The notes beneath the pieces were generated by a model, which worked only from the letters and a program-made list of their open reading frames with translations, did no database searches and was not told the DNA's origin. Positions 42,732 to 57,332 of a stretch of 59,757 nucleotides of DNA are shown piece by piece (positions within the stretch are counted from its first letter, which is position 1; each line of letters starts with the position of its first letter). The position numbers and the translations under genes were made by a program. The stretch comes from Kofleriaceae bacterium (lineage in GTDB: Bacteria; Myxococcota_A; Polyangia; Haliangiales; Haliangiaceae), in contig JBKJLC010000062.1 of the NCBI GenBank assembly GCA_046597055.1, positions 1 to 59,757 on the forward strand. The letters run 5' to 3'.

Positions 42732-43574
42732 TCACGCCAGCGCGGCGGCGAGCGCGGGCAAGGCCTCGCCGAGGCGGACCTCGGCGCGGGCTGCGGCGAG
42801 TGGATCGCCGCGGGTGGGGCCGAGGTTGATGATCGCAACCGGCACGCCCCGCTCGGCGGCGCGCACGACGAAGCGATAGCCCGAGAAGACGGTCAGCGAC
42901 GAGCCAACGACCAGCAGGGCCTCGGCCTGGTCGAACAGGGCCCAGGCGCCGGCGACCACCGGCGCCGGCACGTGCTCGCCGAACAGCACGACGTCGGGCT
43001 TGAGCGCACCGCCGCAGTCGAGGCATGCCGGCACCGCGAAGTCAGCGACCTCGCCGTCGGTGAGGTCGGCATCGCCGTCGGGTGCGACCGCGGCGCGGGT
43101 GGCCAGCCCGGGGTTGTCGGCCTCGAGCCGGGCCTGGAGCCCGGCGCGGGCGCCGACCTGCTGGCACCCGAGGCAGCGGACCCGGGCCAGCCCGCCATGG
43201 AGCTCGACCACGGCGCGCGAGCCGGCCGCGGCGTGGAGGCCATCGACGTTCTGGGTGATGACGCCGGTGATGCGCGCGGTGGCCTCGAGCGCGGCCAGCG
43301 CGGTGTGGCCCGGGTTGGGTCGCGCCGCCGCCAGCCGCGGCCAGCCGACCGCGCTGCGCGCCCAGTAGCGCGCCCGCACCGCCGGGCTGGTGATGAACTC
43401 GCGGTACTGGATCGTCCGGCGCGGCGACCGTCCGGTGCCGCGATAGTCGGGAATGCCCGACTCGGTGCTCATGCCGGCGCCGGCGAGCACCACGACCCGA
43501 CGGCCGCGCAGCACGGCGGCGACCGCCTCTAGCGCCTCGACGTCAGCGCCCGTCACCGCGTCGGAGTCGACCAC
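42732..43574 (-). CDS. cobB: NAD-dependent protein deacylase, Sir2 family (class II/SIRT4-like)
   Basis: [27 protein letters not shown], two Cxx[10 protein letters not shown] and GSSL. Confidence 0.93.
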   Translation of the reverse strand: MVDSDAVTGADVEALEAVAAVLRGRRVVVLAGAGMSTESGIPDYRGTGRSPRRTIQYREFITSPAVRARYWARSAVGWPRLAAARPNPGHTALAALEATARITGVITQNVDGLHAAAGSRAVVELHGGLARVRCLGCQQVGARAGLQARLEADNPGLATRAAVAPDGDADLTDGEVADFAVPACLDCGGALKPDVVLFGEHVPAPVVAGAWALFDQAEALLVVGSSLTVFSGYRFVVRAAERGVPVAIINLGPTRGDPLAAARAEVRLGEALPALAAALA

Positions 43575-43604
43575 GCGGGTACCATAGCGCCCGCGCGCGC
43601 CGCG

Positions 43605-43847
43605 TCACGCGACGCGCTTCTCGGGCGCCCGCGTGGACAGGCCGAGCAGCTGCATCTCGCCCGGTGCGTCCTCGGCGGGCGGCTCCTTGCGCGGCACGTC
43701 GTCGTCCTCGGCGGCGGGCGGATCGACCTTGGGCGGCTGGGGCAGCTTGGGCTCCTCGCGCGGCGGCTCGTGGGTCGGCGGATCTTCGCGCGGCACGTCG
43801 GGCCCGCCCGGAATGGTCGGAGGATTCAGTGGCTCGGGGTCAACCAT
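43605..43847 (-). CDS. Small Pro/acidic-rich protein (80 aa)
   Basis: Repeated DPP/EPP motifs, high GC3, and a sigma54-type box 12 nt upstream. Confidence 0.65.
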   Translation of the reverse strand: MVDPEPLNPPTIPGGPDVPREDPPTHEPPREEPKLPQPPKVDPPAAEDDDVPRKEPPAEDAPGEMQLLGLSTRAPEKRVA

Positions 43848-43859
43848 CCGCCGCGCTGG

Positions 43860-43875
43860 TGCATCGACCGTGCCG
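43860..43875 (-). promoter_or_regulatory. sigma54-type -24/-12 promoter
   Basis: CGGCACGGTCGATGCA (GG-N10-GC), 12 nt before the ATG at 43847. Confidence 0.6.
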
Positions 43876-43986
43876 CAGGGTGCGCACCCGATCCCGCCGG
43901 GTTCGCGGCCGGGTTCGTGCGAGACCGCCCGGGTGTGTCACCTCCGCGCGTCGGCAGGCGCCGCAGATGCGGCTAGACTCGAACGG

Positions 43987-44994
43987 ATGGAGGCCCATCC
44001 GTTCCACGAGGCCGGCCTCGGTGAGGTGCCGATCCGCAAGCTGGGGCTGCGGATCGCCGGTACCCCGCTCGAGGGCATGCTCACCGAGTTCGACCGCGAG
44101 CTGACCAGCGCCGGCATTCACAAGGTGCGCCCGCGCTACTACCTGTCGACCGAGTGGGGCGTGCCGTTCGAGACGATCGCGATGGCGATCCCGTTCTACC
44201 TGGCGCGCCCGGAGCTGGCCGAGCTCCACGCCGAGCGCACCGGCATGATCGAGGGCCACGATCCCGGTGAGGTCATGCGCTACCTGCGCCACGAGATGGG
44301 CCACGTCCTGAACTACGCCTACCGTCTCTACGATCGCCCGGACTGGATCGAGACCTTCGGCGCGATCACGCAGCCGTACGTCGACGAGTACCGGCCCGAG
44401 CCGTGGAGCCGCCGCCACGTCCACCACCTGCCCGGCTGGTACGCCCAGAAGCACCCCGACGAGGACTGGGCCGAGACGTTCGCGGTGTGGATGACGCCGG
44501 GCCGCGACTGGCGCAGCCAGTACGCGCCGTGGCCGGCGGCGCTGGCCAAGCTCGAGTACTGCGCGCGCCTGGTCGCCGAGATCGCCGATCAGGACCCGCC
44601 GGTCACCGACGACGAGCTCGACGAGGACGTCGAGGAGATCGACTTCTCGCCCGAGCAGTTCTATCGCGAGACCGTGCCGGGTGCGGCCGAGCTCCCGCCC
44701 GGCCTCGACGGCGCGCTGCGCGCGATCTTCCTCGAGCTGCCGCACGCCGACGCGACCCAGCCGGCGTCGGCCCTGATCCGTCGCCACGGCCGCGCGATCG
44801 CGCGCTCGGTGTTCACCTGGACCGGTCACTTTCCCGAGACGACCCGCGCCCTCCTGCAGGAGCTGGCGGTCCGCGCCGACCACGACCAGCTGACCTATCC
44901 AGTGGAGCACGAGGCGCCGGCGCTGGTCGCGCTGACCGCGTTCGTCACCAGCCTGGCGATGAACTTCGTGCAGCGCGGCGCCTACCTCCCGTAG
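43987..44994 (+). CDS. Putative zinc-binding metallopeptidase (zincin-like)
   Basis: LRHEMGH (HExxH) and YAQKHPDEDWAETFAVW. TAGACT -10 box 7 nt upstream. Confidence 0.87.
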   Translation: MEAHPFHEAGLGEVPIRKLGLRIAGTPLEGMLTEFDRELTSAGIHKVRPRYYLSTEWGVPFETIAMAIPFYLARPELAELHAERTGMIEGHDPGEVMRYLRHEMGHVLNYAYRLYDRPDWIETFGAITQPYVDEYRPEPWSRRHVHHLPGWYAQKHPDEDWAETFAVWMTPGRDWRSQYAPWPAALAKLEYCARLVAEIADQDPPVTDDELDEDVEEIDFSPEQFYRETVPGAAELPPGLDGALRAIFLELPHADATQPASALIRRHGRAIARSVFTWTGHFPETTRALLQELAVRADHDQLTYPVEHEAPALVALTAFVTSLAMNFVQRGAYLP

Positions 44995-45051
44995 CCCCGC
45001 GGCGCGGGTCCGCTCCGTACCTCGCGCTGAGCGGCCGACGGCGCCCGGCAG

Positions 45052-46026
45052 CTACTTCGCGTAGCGGGCCTTCGCCAGCTCGACGATCTTCTGGATCAGC
45101 TGGTCGTACGAGATGCCGGCCGCGTTGGCCGCCATCGTGAACTCGTCGTTGCGCTCGAGATAGCAGCTGGCGTTGACCTCGAGGATGTACATCTCGCCGG
45201 TGTCGGCGACCCGCAGATCGACGCGGCCGTAGTCGCGGACCCGCAGCGCGCGGTAGGCGTCGAGCGAGACCCGCTGCAGGCGCGCGCGCAGCTCGTCGGG
45301 GATGTCGGCCAGCACCGCCTTGCTGCCCTGGTACTCCTTCGAGTCCTTCTCCCACTTGGCCTTGGAGTCGTAGATCTTGGGCATGCCCTCGGGCATCCCC
45401 GAGAAGTCGACCTCGATCGGCGGCAGCGCCTGAGCGTCGCCGTTGCCGACGATGCCGACGTAGAACTCGCGGCCCTCGATGTACTCCTCGGCCAGCGCCG
45501 CGTCGCCGCAGTCCTTGTGGATGGCGAGCACGCGCTGCATCATCTCGGTCGAGTCCTTGCACAGCGACTTCTTGCCGATGCCGATCGACGAGTCCATGGC
45601 CACCGGCTTCACGAACAGCGGCATGCGCAGGTTGCCGCCGGTCTCGAAGTCCTTGTCCTTGTGGAACACCGCGAACTTCGGGAACAGGATGTTCTCGAAC
45701 GCGAGCAGCTTCTTGGCCAGGGCCTTGTCCTGGCCGAGGTAGTACTCGCCGGGACCGCAGCCGGTATACGGAACCCCCAGCACGTCGAGCAGGCCGCAGA
45801 TGCCGATGTTGCCGCCGGGATCGTCGCCGAACTCCTCGAGCAGGTTGAACACCAGGTCGGGTTTCTGGCGCTCGATCCCCCGGATCAGCTTCTTGACGTC
45901 CTTGTGGACGCCGAGCATCGAGACCTTGTGCTTGTTCTTGCGGAGAGCGGTGGCCACGTGGCCGACGACCACGTCCCAGTCGCGGGTGCCCTCCGCGTGG
46001 ACGTACGTCAGGATGGTTATGCGCAT
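45052..46026 (-). CDS. ATP-grasp ligase, D-Ala-D-Ala ligase-like (non-canonical)
   Basis: DLVFNL, GVPYTG, DKALAK, PLFVKP..DSSIGI, EEYIEGRE, RDYGRVDLR and ILEVNA. Confidence 0.88.
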   Translation of the reverse strand: MRITILTYVHAEGTRDWDVVVGHVATALRKNKHKVSMLGVHKDVKKLIRGIERQKPDLVFNLLEEFGDDPGGNIGICGLLDVLGVPYTGCGPGEYYLGQDKALAKKLLAFENILFPKFAVFHKDKDFETGGNLRMPLFVKPVAMDSSIGIGKKSLCKDSTEMMQRVLAIHKDCGDAALAEEYIEGREFYVGIVGNGDAQALPPIEVDFSGMPEGMPKIYDSKAKWEKDSKEYQGSKAVLADIPDELRARLQRVSLDAYRALRVRDYGRVDLRVADTGEMYILEVNASCYLERNDEFTMAANAAGISYDQLIQKIVELAKARYAK

Positions 46027-46060
46027 TCTCGCCAAGCTTGGCGGGAATTTGCCCGATCCG

Positions 46061-48397
46061 CTACTTCTTCAGGGGATTGGTCGAGCGCGCCTTCTTCAGG
46101 GCGCGATTGACGCGACGATTGCAGTCATCCTCGGTCTCGGTGCCGTCCTTCACGAACACCAGCGGGGCCAGCACCGCGGCGTCGTATTCTTCCTGCGTGA
46201 TCCGGCCGCGCTTGAGCATGAGCGCCATGATCCGGTCGATCTTCGAGGTCGACCACTTCGACAGCGTGCCGTTGCAGTACTGGCGATAGCGGGCCTTGGG
46301 CGACGGCAGGATCGAGGAGAAGAACGCCGCCTCGCGCGGCGTCAGCTCGCTGGCCGCCTTGCCGAAGTAGTGCCGCGCGGCCGGGCCGATCCCGTACAGG
46401 CCGGGGCCATACTCGATCGCGTTGACGTAGATCTCGAAGATGCGGTCCTTCTCGAGCACCTGCTCGATCGCCCAGGTCAAGAACAGCTCCTGCAGCTTCC
46501 GCGACAGGGTCTTCTCCCGGTACAGCAGGACGTTCTTGACGGTCTGCATCGTGATCGACGAGGCGCCGTACTTGAAGTAGCCGGCCTGCAGGTTCTTCAC
46601 GAGCGCGCTCTTGAACTCGCGCGGGAGGAAGCCTCGGTGGTGATAGAAGGCGCCGTCCTCGGTGGTGATCAGCGAGTTGAGCAGGTGCGGCGACACCTCG
46701 GCGATCGGCACGAAGTCGGGATTCTCTGGCCCGATCACGAAGCCGAGCCACTGGTCGCGCTCGAGCTCGACGTAGTGCTCGAACGTGGTCTGCAGCCGCT
46801 CGAGCTCCTCGGGCGTCTTCAACACCCGACAGCCCCGGATGCCGACCGAACCGTCGAGCCGTGTCGCGGCGAGGTTGGCGAGATCGATCGCGACCTGGAG
46901 ATCGGTCGAGAACGTGCCGCGCAGCTTGAAGCCCTGCATGTACGGCGTCATCTCGGGGGGCAGCGCGACCAGCACGCGCTGGCAGTCGATCGGCGGAATC
47001 ACGAGGCGGGCGGTCACCGCCGGGAGCTCGCGGCGCACCGTGGTCGGCACCAGCCCACCCGGCAGGGTCAGGGTGGCGGTCGGCATCTGGCCACCCGGCA
47101 GCGCCAGCGTGCCGGTCAGCTGGAACGGCAGCGCGCGCGAGACGAAGTCGCCGCGGGTGAGCGCGAGCGTGCGGGTGGTCCGCTCGAAGCTGCCCGCGAC
47201 CTCGCCGGAGATGTCGATCTCGGGCACGACCTTCTCGGCCAGCATCGGGTGCCCGACCGTGAGGTCGTGCAGGTGGAAGTCGCCGACGAACGTGGTGAGC
47301 TCGCGCGACACCGACAGCGTGAGGCGCGCATCGACGGTGGTGCGCTGGTAGTCGACCAGCGAGCTGTGCACGAGGATCGGCCGCAGCCGTTCGAGGCTGA
47401 ACTTGTCGGCGCCGAGCCGGATCTCGCCGCTCGCGGCGCCGGGATCGACCCAGCCCTCAGCGGTCCACAGCTTGCCGGCGACGCCGCCATAGCCGCCCTC
47501 GAGCGCGACGGTCAGCCGCCCGGGCCCGCCGTCGTCGTCACGCAGCTCGCCGGCGATCCCGGTGAGCGCCAGCCCGCGCCACGGCTCGACCTCGCCCCCG
47601 GCGATCGTGACGCGGCGGCCGTCGACGTCGCGGGTCACCGTCAGCTGGTCGGCCGCCATCCGCGAGGTCACCACCGTGCGCCCCGCGATCGGCGGCGCCG
47701 GCGGGGCATCGGGCGCGAGGTCGAGCGGATCGTCGAGCGGCGCCGGCGGCACCACCGCGGTCCGGTTCCACCAGGCCAGCTCGGCGGTGACCTGCGGGCG
47801 GGTGACCACCAGCTGGTTGGTGCCGGCGCTCGCGGTCGCCGCCAGCTCGTCGGCGCCGCCGCGCCAGCCCGAGACCTCGTCGATGACGGTCAGGCTGACG
47901 CCGGCCAGGGTCGCCCGCGCCGGTCGCAGCGCGCCGAGGCGGCTCGGCTGGGTGCCGCCATGCCCAGCGTCGCCCCCATCGTCGGTCAGCCGGGCCCGCA
48001 GGTCCTCGACGTTGCTGACCCCGTCCTTGCCGCGATGGAGCGAGATCTGCCCGCCGCGCACCGCGACCGACTCGATCCGGGCCCGGGCGAACAGCGAGCT
48101 CCAGCCGTCGAACACCACCTCGATGCGATCGATGCGGGCCAGCGGCAGCTCGCCATCGGTCGGACCGCGGACGGTGATGTCACGCAGGACCGCGTGGCCG
48201 ACCTCGATGTCGATGGCGCCGATGGTGACCTTGCGGCCGAGCTTGGCCTCCAGCCTCGGCACGACCTTCGACCGGACGTACCAGGCGCCCGCGCGCGGGT
48301 AGACCACCCACAGCCCGACCAGCACCAGCACGACCCCGGCGGCGACCAGGGCCGCTGCCAGGATCAAACGCCGTCGAGCGCGGGCGGTCAGCCGCAT
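46061..48397 (-). CDS. Peptidoglycan glycosyltransferase (GT51) with long AsmA-like N-terminal region and no transpeptidase domain
   Basis: TEDGAFYHHRG, GASSITMQTVKN, RKLQE and KDRIFEIYVN at the C-terminus. N-terminal TM anchor. Confidence 0.9.
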   Translation of the reverse strand: MRLTARARRRLILAAALVAAGVVLVLVGLWVVYPRAGAWYVRSKVVPRLEAKLGRKVTIGAIDIEVGHAVLRDITVRGPTDGELPLARIDRIEVVFDGWSSLFARARIESVAVRGGQISLHRGKDGVSNVEDLRARLTDDGGDAGHGGTQPSRLGALRPARATLAGVSLTVIDEVSGWRGGADELAATASAGTNQLVVTRPQVTAELAWWNRTAVVPPAPLDDPLDLAPDAPPAPPIAGRTVVTSRMAADQLTVTRDVDGRRVTIAGGEVEPWRGLALTGIAGELRDDDGGPGRLTVALEGGYGGVAGKLWTAEGWVDPGAASGEIRLGADKFSLERLRPILVHSSLVDYQRTTVDARLTLSVSRELTTFVGDFHLHDLTVGHPMLAEKVVPEIDISGEVAGSFERTTRTLALTRGDFVSRALPFQLTGTLALPGGQMPTATLTLPGGLVPTTVRRELPAVTARLVIPPIDCQRVLVALPPEMTPYMQGFKLRGTFSTDLQVAIDLANLAATRLDGSVGIRGCRVLKTPEELERLQTTFEHYVELERDQWLGFVIGPENPDFVPIAEVSPHLLNSLITTEDGAFYHHRGFLPREFKSALVKNLQAGYFKYGASSITMQTVKNVLLYREKTLSRKLQELFLTWAIEQVLEKDRIFEIYVNAIEYGPGLYGIGPAARHYFGKAASELTPREAAFFSSILPSPKARYRQYCNGTLSKWSTSKIDRIMALMLKRGRITQEEYDAAVLAPLVFVKDGTETEDDCNRRVNRALKKARSTNPLKK

Positions 48398-48484
48398 CGG
48401 ACGCTTCTACCACAACCGAGCGGCGCGACTGATTCCGCCCCGATCGCGCGCCCACCTGCCCCTACATCAGGGCGGTCGCGTCCG

Positions 48485-48988
48485 TCACAGCTTGCAGGTC
48501 AGCGCGACGATCTGTCCGCGGTTGCCCTTCCCCTTGAGCGACCGGCCGACGACCAGCCAGTCGCCGGCGTCGACCGCCAGCTTGGTGTCGATCACGCGCT
48601 TGCCGTCCTGGTCGTCGAGCGTGATGCCGAGCGCGACCCGCGGCTTCTTGCGACCGCCGCTGGTGACGTCGCGGAGCAGTAACTCGACCTTGCCGTTGAC
48701 GAGCGGTTGCGCGCCCGACTTCATCGGCTGGAGCACGAGCGTGTGCGAGCCGAGCCGCTTGAAGCGGTTCCACGACGAGAACGGCGGCTTCTTCAGCTTG
48801 CGCTCGAGCGGCCGCAGGTCGGGGTCGATCAAGGGCGCGTCGGAGGTCGACGCCTCGATCTCGACCACCGCGCACGAGGCAGTGGTGTCGGCGCGCGCGG
48901 TGGGGACACCGCCCACGAGGACGAGCGCGGCGGCCGCGAGGGACGCGGCGCCCACGCCCAGAGCCCGGAGTCGGTCAGATCGCATCAT
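48485..48988 (-). CDS. Hypothetical secreted protein
   Basis: Signal peptide ending ARA. Third gene of the sigma operon. Confidence 0.75.
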   Translation of the reverse strand: MMRSDRLRALGVGAASLAAAALVLVGGVPTARADTTASCAVVEIEASTSDAPLIDPDLRPLERKLKKPPFSSWNRFKRLGSHTLVLQPMKSGAQPLVNGKVELLLRDVTSGGRKKPRVALGITLDDQDGKRVIDTKLAVDAGDWLVVGRSLKGKGNRGQIVALTCKL

Positions 48989-49054
48989 TAGATCAGTTCC
49001 CTTCGGTCCTTCGAACAGGTCCGCTTGGCGTTCGGGTCTTCGACGTCAGGTCGG

Positions 49055-49651
49055 TCAGATTCCTTCGACGACATCGTCCGGGGTGACCCAGATGACCGCC
49101 GTCTCGCCGCCATCTTCGTCCTCGATCGTGAACACGGTGCCACTGCCGCCCGAGACCTCGAGCGACTCGATCTCCGGGGCGGTCGCCTGCAGGACCGGCA
49201 TCGCGATCGGCCCGGGCGCCCCGGGGACCTCGACGGTCTGGATCACCACCCGCGGCTCCGGCGCGCGCAGCATGAGCGCGACCGCCGCGACCGCGCCCGC
49301 GGACAGCGCGCCGGTGAGGAAGTGGCCGCGATGGCCGTCGATCCAGCGCGGCAGCCGGCTCCACAGGCCCGGTCGCGCGGGCGACTTGACCTCGTCGGTG
49401 CCGTCGGGCACGCGGGCCGCCTCGGCGGGCCCCAGCCGGCGCTCGAGCTGGTCCCACAGGCCGCTCAGCCGGTGCTCGGCCTCGTCGGCGGACAGCTCGA
49501 GGTGGCCGCGAACCAGCTCGCCAACCTCCTGGATTCCCGCCACCTTGTGCGCGCCGACCAGCCCGGCGCGGCGCTCGATCGCGGCCGCCTCGGTCGGATC
49601 GAGCTCGCCGTCGGCGAGGAGCATGAGGTCGGTGTCGGAGACGTTGGGCAC
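49055..49651 (-). CDS. Anti-sigma factor (membrane-anchored)
   Basis: LMLLADGELDPTE N-terminus and a single TM. Directly follows the ECF sigma gene. Confidence 0.82.
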   Translation of the reverse strand: MPNVSDTDLMLLADGELDPTEAAAIERRAGLVGAHKVAGIQEVGELVRGHLELSADEAEHRLSGLWDQLERRLGPAEAARVPDGTDEVKSPARPGLWSRLPRWIDGHRGHFLTGALSAGAVAAVALMLRAPEPRVVIQTVEVPGAPGPIAMPVLQATAPEIESLEVSGGSGTVFTIEDEDGGETAVIWVTPDDVVEGI

Positions 49652-49668
49652 GGGAAATCCTGCTGGGG

Positions 49669-50427
49669 TTACGAGCGCGAGGTTCGGTCGTATGACTGTG
49701 GACCCTGACCGTCTGATTCAACCGCGCCGCGATCTTCCGGATCTCCCTCGGCTTCGCCATCGGGATCACCCGCGTCCGGGCCGCCGGCCCCTCCGCCGCC
49801 CCGGCCGTCGTACAGGTCAGCGAGGCGCTTCTGCATGTTCTTCCGAGCGTGAAAGAGGCGCGACATGATCGTGCCCTTGCTGCAGCCCATGGCCTGGGCC
49901 ATCTCCTCGTAGGAGAGGCCCTCGAGCTCGCGCATCACCAGCACCGTGCGGTGGTTGTCGGACAGCTCCTCGAGAGCCGCGGCGATGCGGTCGCGGATCT
50001 CCTTGTCGAGCAGCGCGCGTCCCGGATTTGCTCCAAGGATTCGCGGGAGTAGCGAGTCGTCGACCGCGCCGTCGTTCTCCTTGAGGTCCTGCTCGCTCCA
50101 GTCGACCACCTTGGTCCGGCGGTGCTTCCGGAGGTGGTCGATCGCCAGGTTCATGACGATCCGGTACAGCCACGTGTAGAAGCTGGCCTGGCCCTCGAAC
50201 TTGTCGAGGTGGCGATGGGCCTTGATGAAGGCGTCCTGGACGACGTCGAGGGCGTCGTCGGGATTGCGCACCACACCGAGCGCGAGTGAATACGCGCGCC
50301 GGCTGTAGCGTTCGAACAGAGTTCGAAACGCGGCGCGGTCGCCGGCCTGGGCCTGCTTCACCAGCTCGCGATCGTCGATCACGTCTCGCTCGACGCGCGC
50401 CGCCGCCGGCTGGGCCCGCTTGCTCAC
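49669..50427 (-). CDS. ECF RNA polymerase sigma factor (RpoE-like)
   Basis: [40 protein letters not shown] and [19 protein letters not shown]. Confidence 0.95.
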   Translation of the reverse strand: MSKRAQPAAARVERDVIDDRELVKQAQAGDRAAFRTLFERYSRRAYSLALGVVRNPDDALDVVQDAFIKAHRHLDKFEGQASFYTWLYRIVMNLAIDHLRKHRRTKVVDWSEQDLKENDGAVDDSLLPRILGANPGRALLDKEIRDRIAAALEELSDNHRTVLVMRELEGLSYEEMAQAMGCSKGTIMSRLFHARKNMQKRLADLYDGRGGGGAGGPDAGDPDGEAEGDPEDRGAVESDGQGPQSYDRTSRS

Positions 50428-50546
50428 GGGGCGGTTATACCGCAGCCGCTGGTCGGAAACGGTCGGCGGGCCGCCGGCGATCTGCCCACCGATCAGAAGT
50501 CGCGCGTGGATGTCGGTCTCCTCGTCCGCGACGCCGGGGTCGCGCT

Positions 50547-53500
50547 ATGCTCACGCGTCGGATGCGCCTGCGGGCGGTCCTGGCTCCTGTGTCCTCGCTC
50601 GACTCGATCCGAACGTTCCTGGCCGACGTGCGTGCGCACCTGCGCCGCCGGTCCGGCGCGTGCGCCAGCATCGCGATGCTGGCCGCGTGGGGCGGGCTCG
50701 CGCTGGCGCTGCCGCTCGCGGTCCACGTCATCGCACCCGGCCGCGCGACCGCGCTCGCGCTGCTCGCCGGCGCGATCCTGCTCGCGGTCCTGGTGCTGAT
50801 CGCGGCGGTCGTGCTCGGCCTGGTCGCGCCGGCGCGCAAGTGGGCCGGCGATCCCGCGGTCGCGCGCTGGGTCGGTCAGCACGCGCGTCCGGTCGCGTCC
50901 GATCTGCTGTCGACGGTCGAGCTGAACGGCCCGGCGCGCGGCCCCACCGCGCCGTCGGCGGCGCTGGTCGCAGCGCTCACCGACGTCACCGCCGAGCGGC
51001 TGCGCCGGCTCGAGCCCGCGGTGCTGGTCGCGCGCCGTCCGGTCAACCAGGCGTGGCTCGGCCTCGGCGGCGCGATCCTCGCCAACGGGCTGTTCCTCCT
51101 GCTGGCGCCGGCCGCGCTCGCCGACGGCTGGTCGCGCCTCCTGGCACCGCCGCACAACCCGTACGGCGGCGCCGTGCTGTCGTCGGTGCCGCTGGTCGGC
51201 GACATCGACATCACGCTCACGCCGCCACCGTACGCGCGGCGCGCGCCGACCCGGCTGCCGTCGACCTCGGGCGACTTCCGGGCGCTCGCCGGCACCCGCG
51301 CGCGCATCGTCACCCGCGCGCTCGCCGACACCAGCAAGGTCGCGATCGTCCACGAGCGCGACGGCGCCGAGCTCGAGATCGTGCCGCTCACCCCCGATGG
51401 CCCCGGGCTCAGCGCCGAGCTCGTCGTCGCCGGCCCGGCCCGCTACCGGTTCCAGATCGAGGGCCCGCGCGGCCAGCGCACGGTCGAGGCGATCGCCCAT
51501 GCGATCGAGATCGAGCCCGACGTGGCGCCGACGATCGCGCTGTACGCGCCCGGCGATGATCTCGACGTCACCAACATGAAGCGCATCGAGCTCGCCTACG
51601 TCGCCGAGGATGACTTCGGCGTCGCCAAGGTCGAGCTGGTCTGGGAGATCGCCGGCAAGTCCGAGCGCAAGACCTGGGCGGCGCTGGCCGAGGCGCCCGG
51701 CCGGGCCCAGGGCAAGGTGGTGTGGGACCTCGCCGAGGTCGCGCTGCCGGCCGGCGCGCTGGTGACCTACCACCTCGAGGCGACCGACAACGACTCGGTC
51801 GATGGGCCCAACGTCGGGCGATCGCGCGAGCTGCGCCTGCGGGTGTTCTCGCCGCGCGAGCGCCACGAGCAGCACCTGGCCCGCCAGGCCGAGCTGGCCG
51901 AGAAGGTCCTGATCGCGCTCGCGCACCGGCTCACCGCCGAGCCGAGCGGCCCTGCCGATGCCGCCGCGCCATCGCGCGAGGAGCTGCACCGCGAGGTCGG
52001 CGAGGTCGCGGTCGAGCTGGGCACGCTGACCGCCGCGTACGAGACCGACCAGCTCGCGGACAAGGGCCTGCGCGACGCGCTCGAGGCGATGCGCACGCGG
52101 ATCGACAAGCTGGTCGCGATCGAAGCGCGCGGACTCGAGCGCGATGCCGCCGCCGAGGCCGCCGCGCGCAAGAAGCGCGGCGCCGCGGCGCCGCGGCCGG
52201 TGGCCGGACGCTGGACCGTGGTCGACAAGCAGATGGTGGCCGAGCTCGAGGACGACGCGATCGGCCTGGCCGACTGGCTCGAGCGCGAGCAGCTCGAGGG
52301 CATGCTCGACGTGGCCGACGAGATCGAGGCGCACCAGAAGCGGCTGGCCGAGCTGCTCGCCGAGTACGCGCGTACCGGCGACGACAAGCTCAAGGCCGAG
52401 ATCCAGCGCCAGCTGCGCGCGATCGAGCAGCGGCTGGCCGAGCTGGCCAGCAAGCGCGGCGCGGTGGTCGAGGACGTGCTCGACCAGTTCGTCAACCAGG
52501 ACGCGATGGCCGACCAGCGCAGCGAGGGCTGCTTCGCCGAGGTCACCCGGCTGGTCGAGCGGGGCGACGCCGCCGCCGCCCAGGCCGCGGCGGCGAAGTG
52601 CCGGCGCCAGCTCGACGACGCGTCGGCCGCGATGGAGGCCGGGTTGCGCGGGCTGCGCGGCGACCGATTCGACGAGGGCGAGAAGAAGCTCGACGAGCTG
52701 ATGGACGAGCTGGCCGACGTCTCGCAAGACCAGACCGACATCGCCGCCGAGGCCGACAAGATCTTCGAGCGCTACGCCGAGCGCGCCGACGAGCTCATGC
52801 GCGATCTCGGCAAGGGCGCCCAGCGCAAGCTGGGTGGAACCCTCGACAAGCTGAAGGACCGGGTCGCCAGCGTGCCCGACAGCGGGCTGACCCCGTTCGC
52901 GCGCGAGGAGCTCGAGATCGTCGGCAAGCGGCTCGACGACGTCGAGCGCATGCTCGCCGATGGCGACGTCGCCGAGGCGCTCGGGATGGCGCGCCAGGCC
53001 CGGCAGAGCCTGGAGACCGTGGCCGGCGAGCTCGACGCCGCGCTCGCCGATGATCCGCGGTCGCCGTGGGCACAGTCGACCTCCGACGCGCTCGACTCGG
53101 TCGAGCGGGCCCACCCGCTGGCCGAGAAGCTCGCCGCCGAGCTCGAGGACCTGACCCCGTCGCCCGACCAGATCCTGGGCGACGACGACAAGCGTCGGCT
53201 CGACGCCCTGCGCCGCCGCCAGACCATGAACCACGACCGCGCCAAGAAGCTGGCCGACAAGGCCAAGCACGGCGCCGGGCTGCCCGGCGACGCCGGCGAG
53301 GCGATCGCGAAGCGGCTGGGCCAGGCCACCGCCCCGATGGGTCAGGCCGAGAAGCGGATGGGCGCCAAGGATCCGTCGGGCGCGCGCGACGAGGCGCGCA
53401 GCGCGGCCGAGGCGCTCGAGAAGGCCCGCCAGGAGGCCCAGAAGGCGGCCCGCCAGGCCCAGTCGCAGGGCGACCCCACCTCCAACGACGAGCCGGTCCG

Positions 53501-53626
53501 CATCCCGGGCGCCGACGAGTACAAGGCGCCCGAGAAGTTCCGCGAGCAGCTGCTCGAGGCGATGAAGAAGCGGCCGCCGCCGGGCTACGACGACCAGGTG
53601 CGCCGCTACTACCAGGAGCTGATCCG

Positions 53627-53630
<4 letters not shown>
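50547..53630 (+). CDS. DUF4175-like membrane-anchored coiled-coil protein
   Basis: Three N-terminal TM segments, Ig-like middle (PPPY, DDFGV, ATDNDSVDGPN), long coiled coil, and C-terminal VRRYYQEL. Start may be 50562. Confidence 0.85.
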
Positions 53631-55249
<1,619 letters not shown>

Positions 55250-55272
55250 TAGCCTGAAGGTCCTCGCTCGCC

Positions 55273-56400
<1,128 letters not shown>

Positions 56401-56408
56401 GCTGCCCG

Positions 56409-57328
<920 letters not shown>

Positions 57329-57332
<4 letters not shown>

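Noticed and set aside
45052..46026. Naming the ATP-grasp gene ddl
   Set aside because: It lacks the canonical Ddl N-terminal and EVNTxPG motifs, so the substrate is uncertain.
45800..48682. Very long opposite-strand ORFs (also 50493-53645, 57242-59698, 5350-7053, 16451-18259, 35994-37889)
   Set aside because: These are antisense shadows of well-supported genes, expected in high-GC DNA, and carry no motifs of their own.
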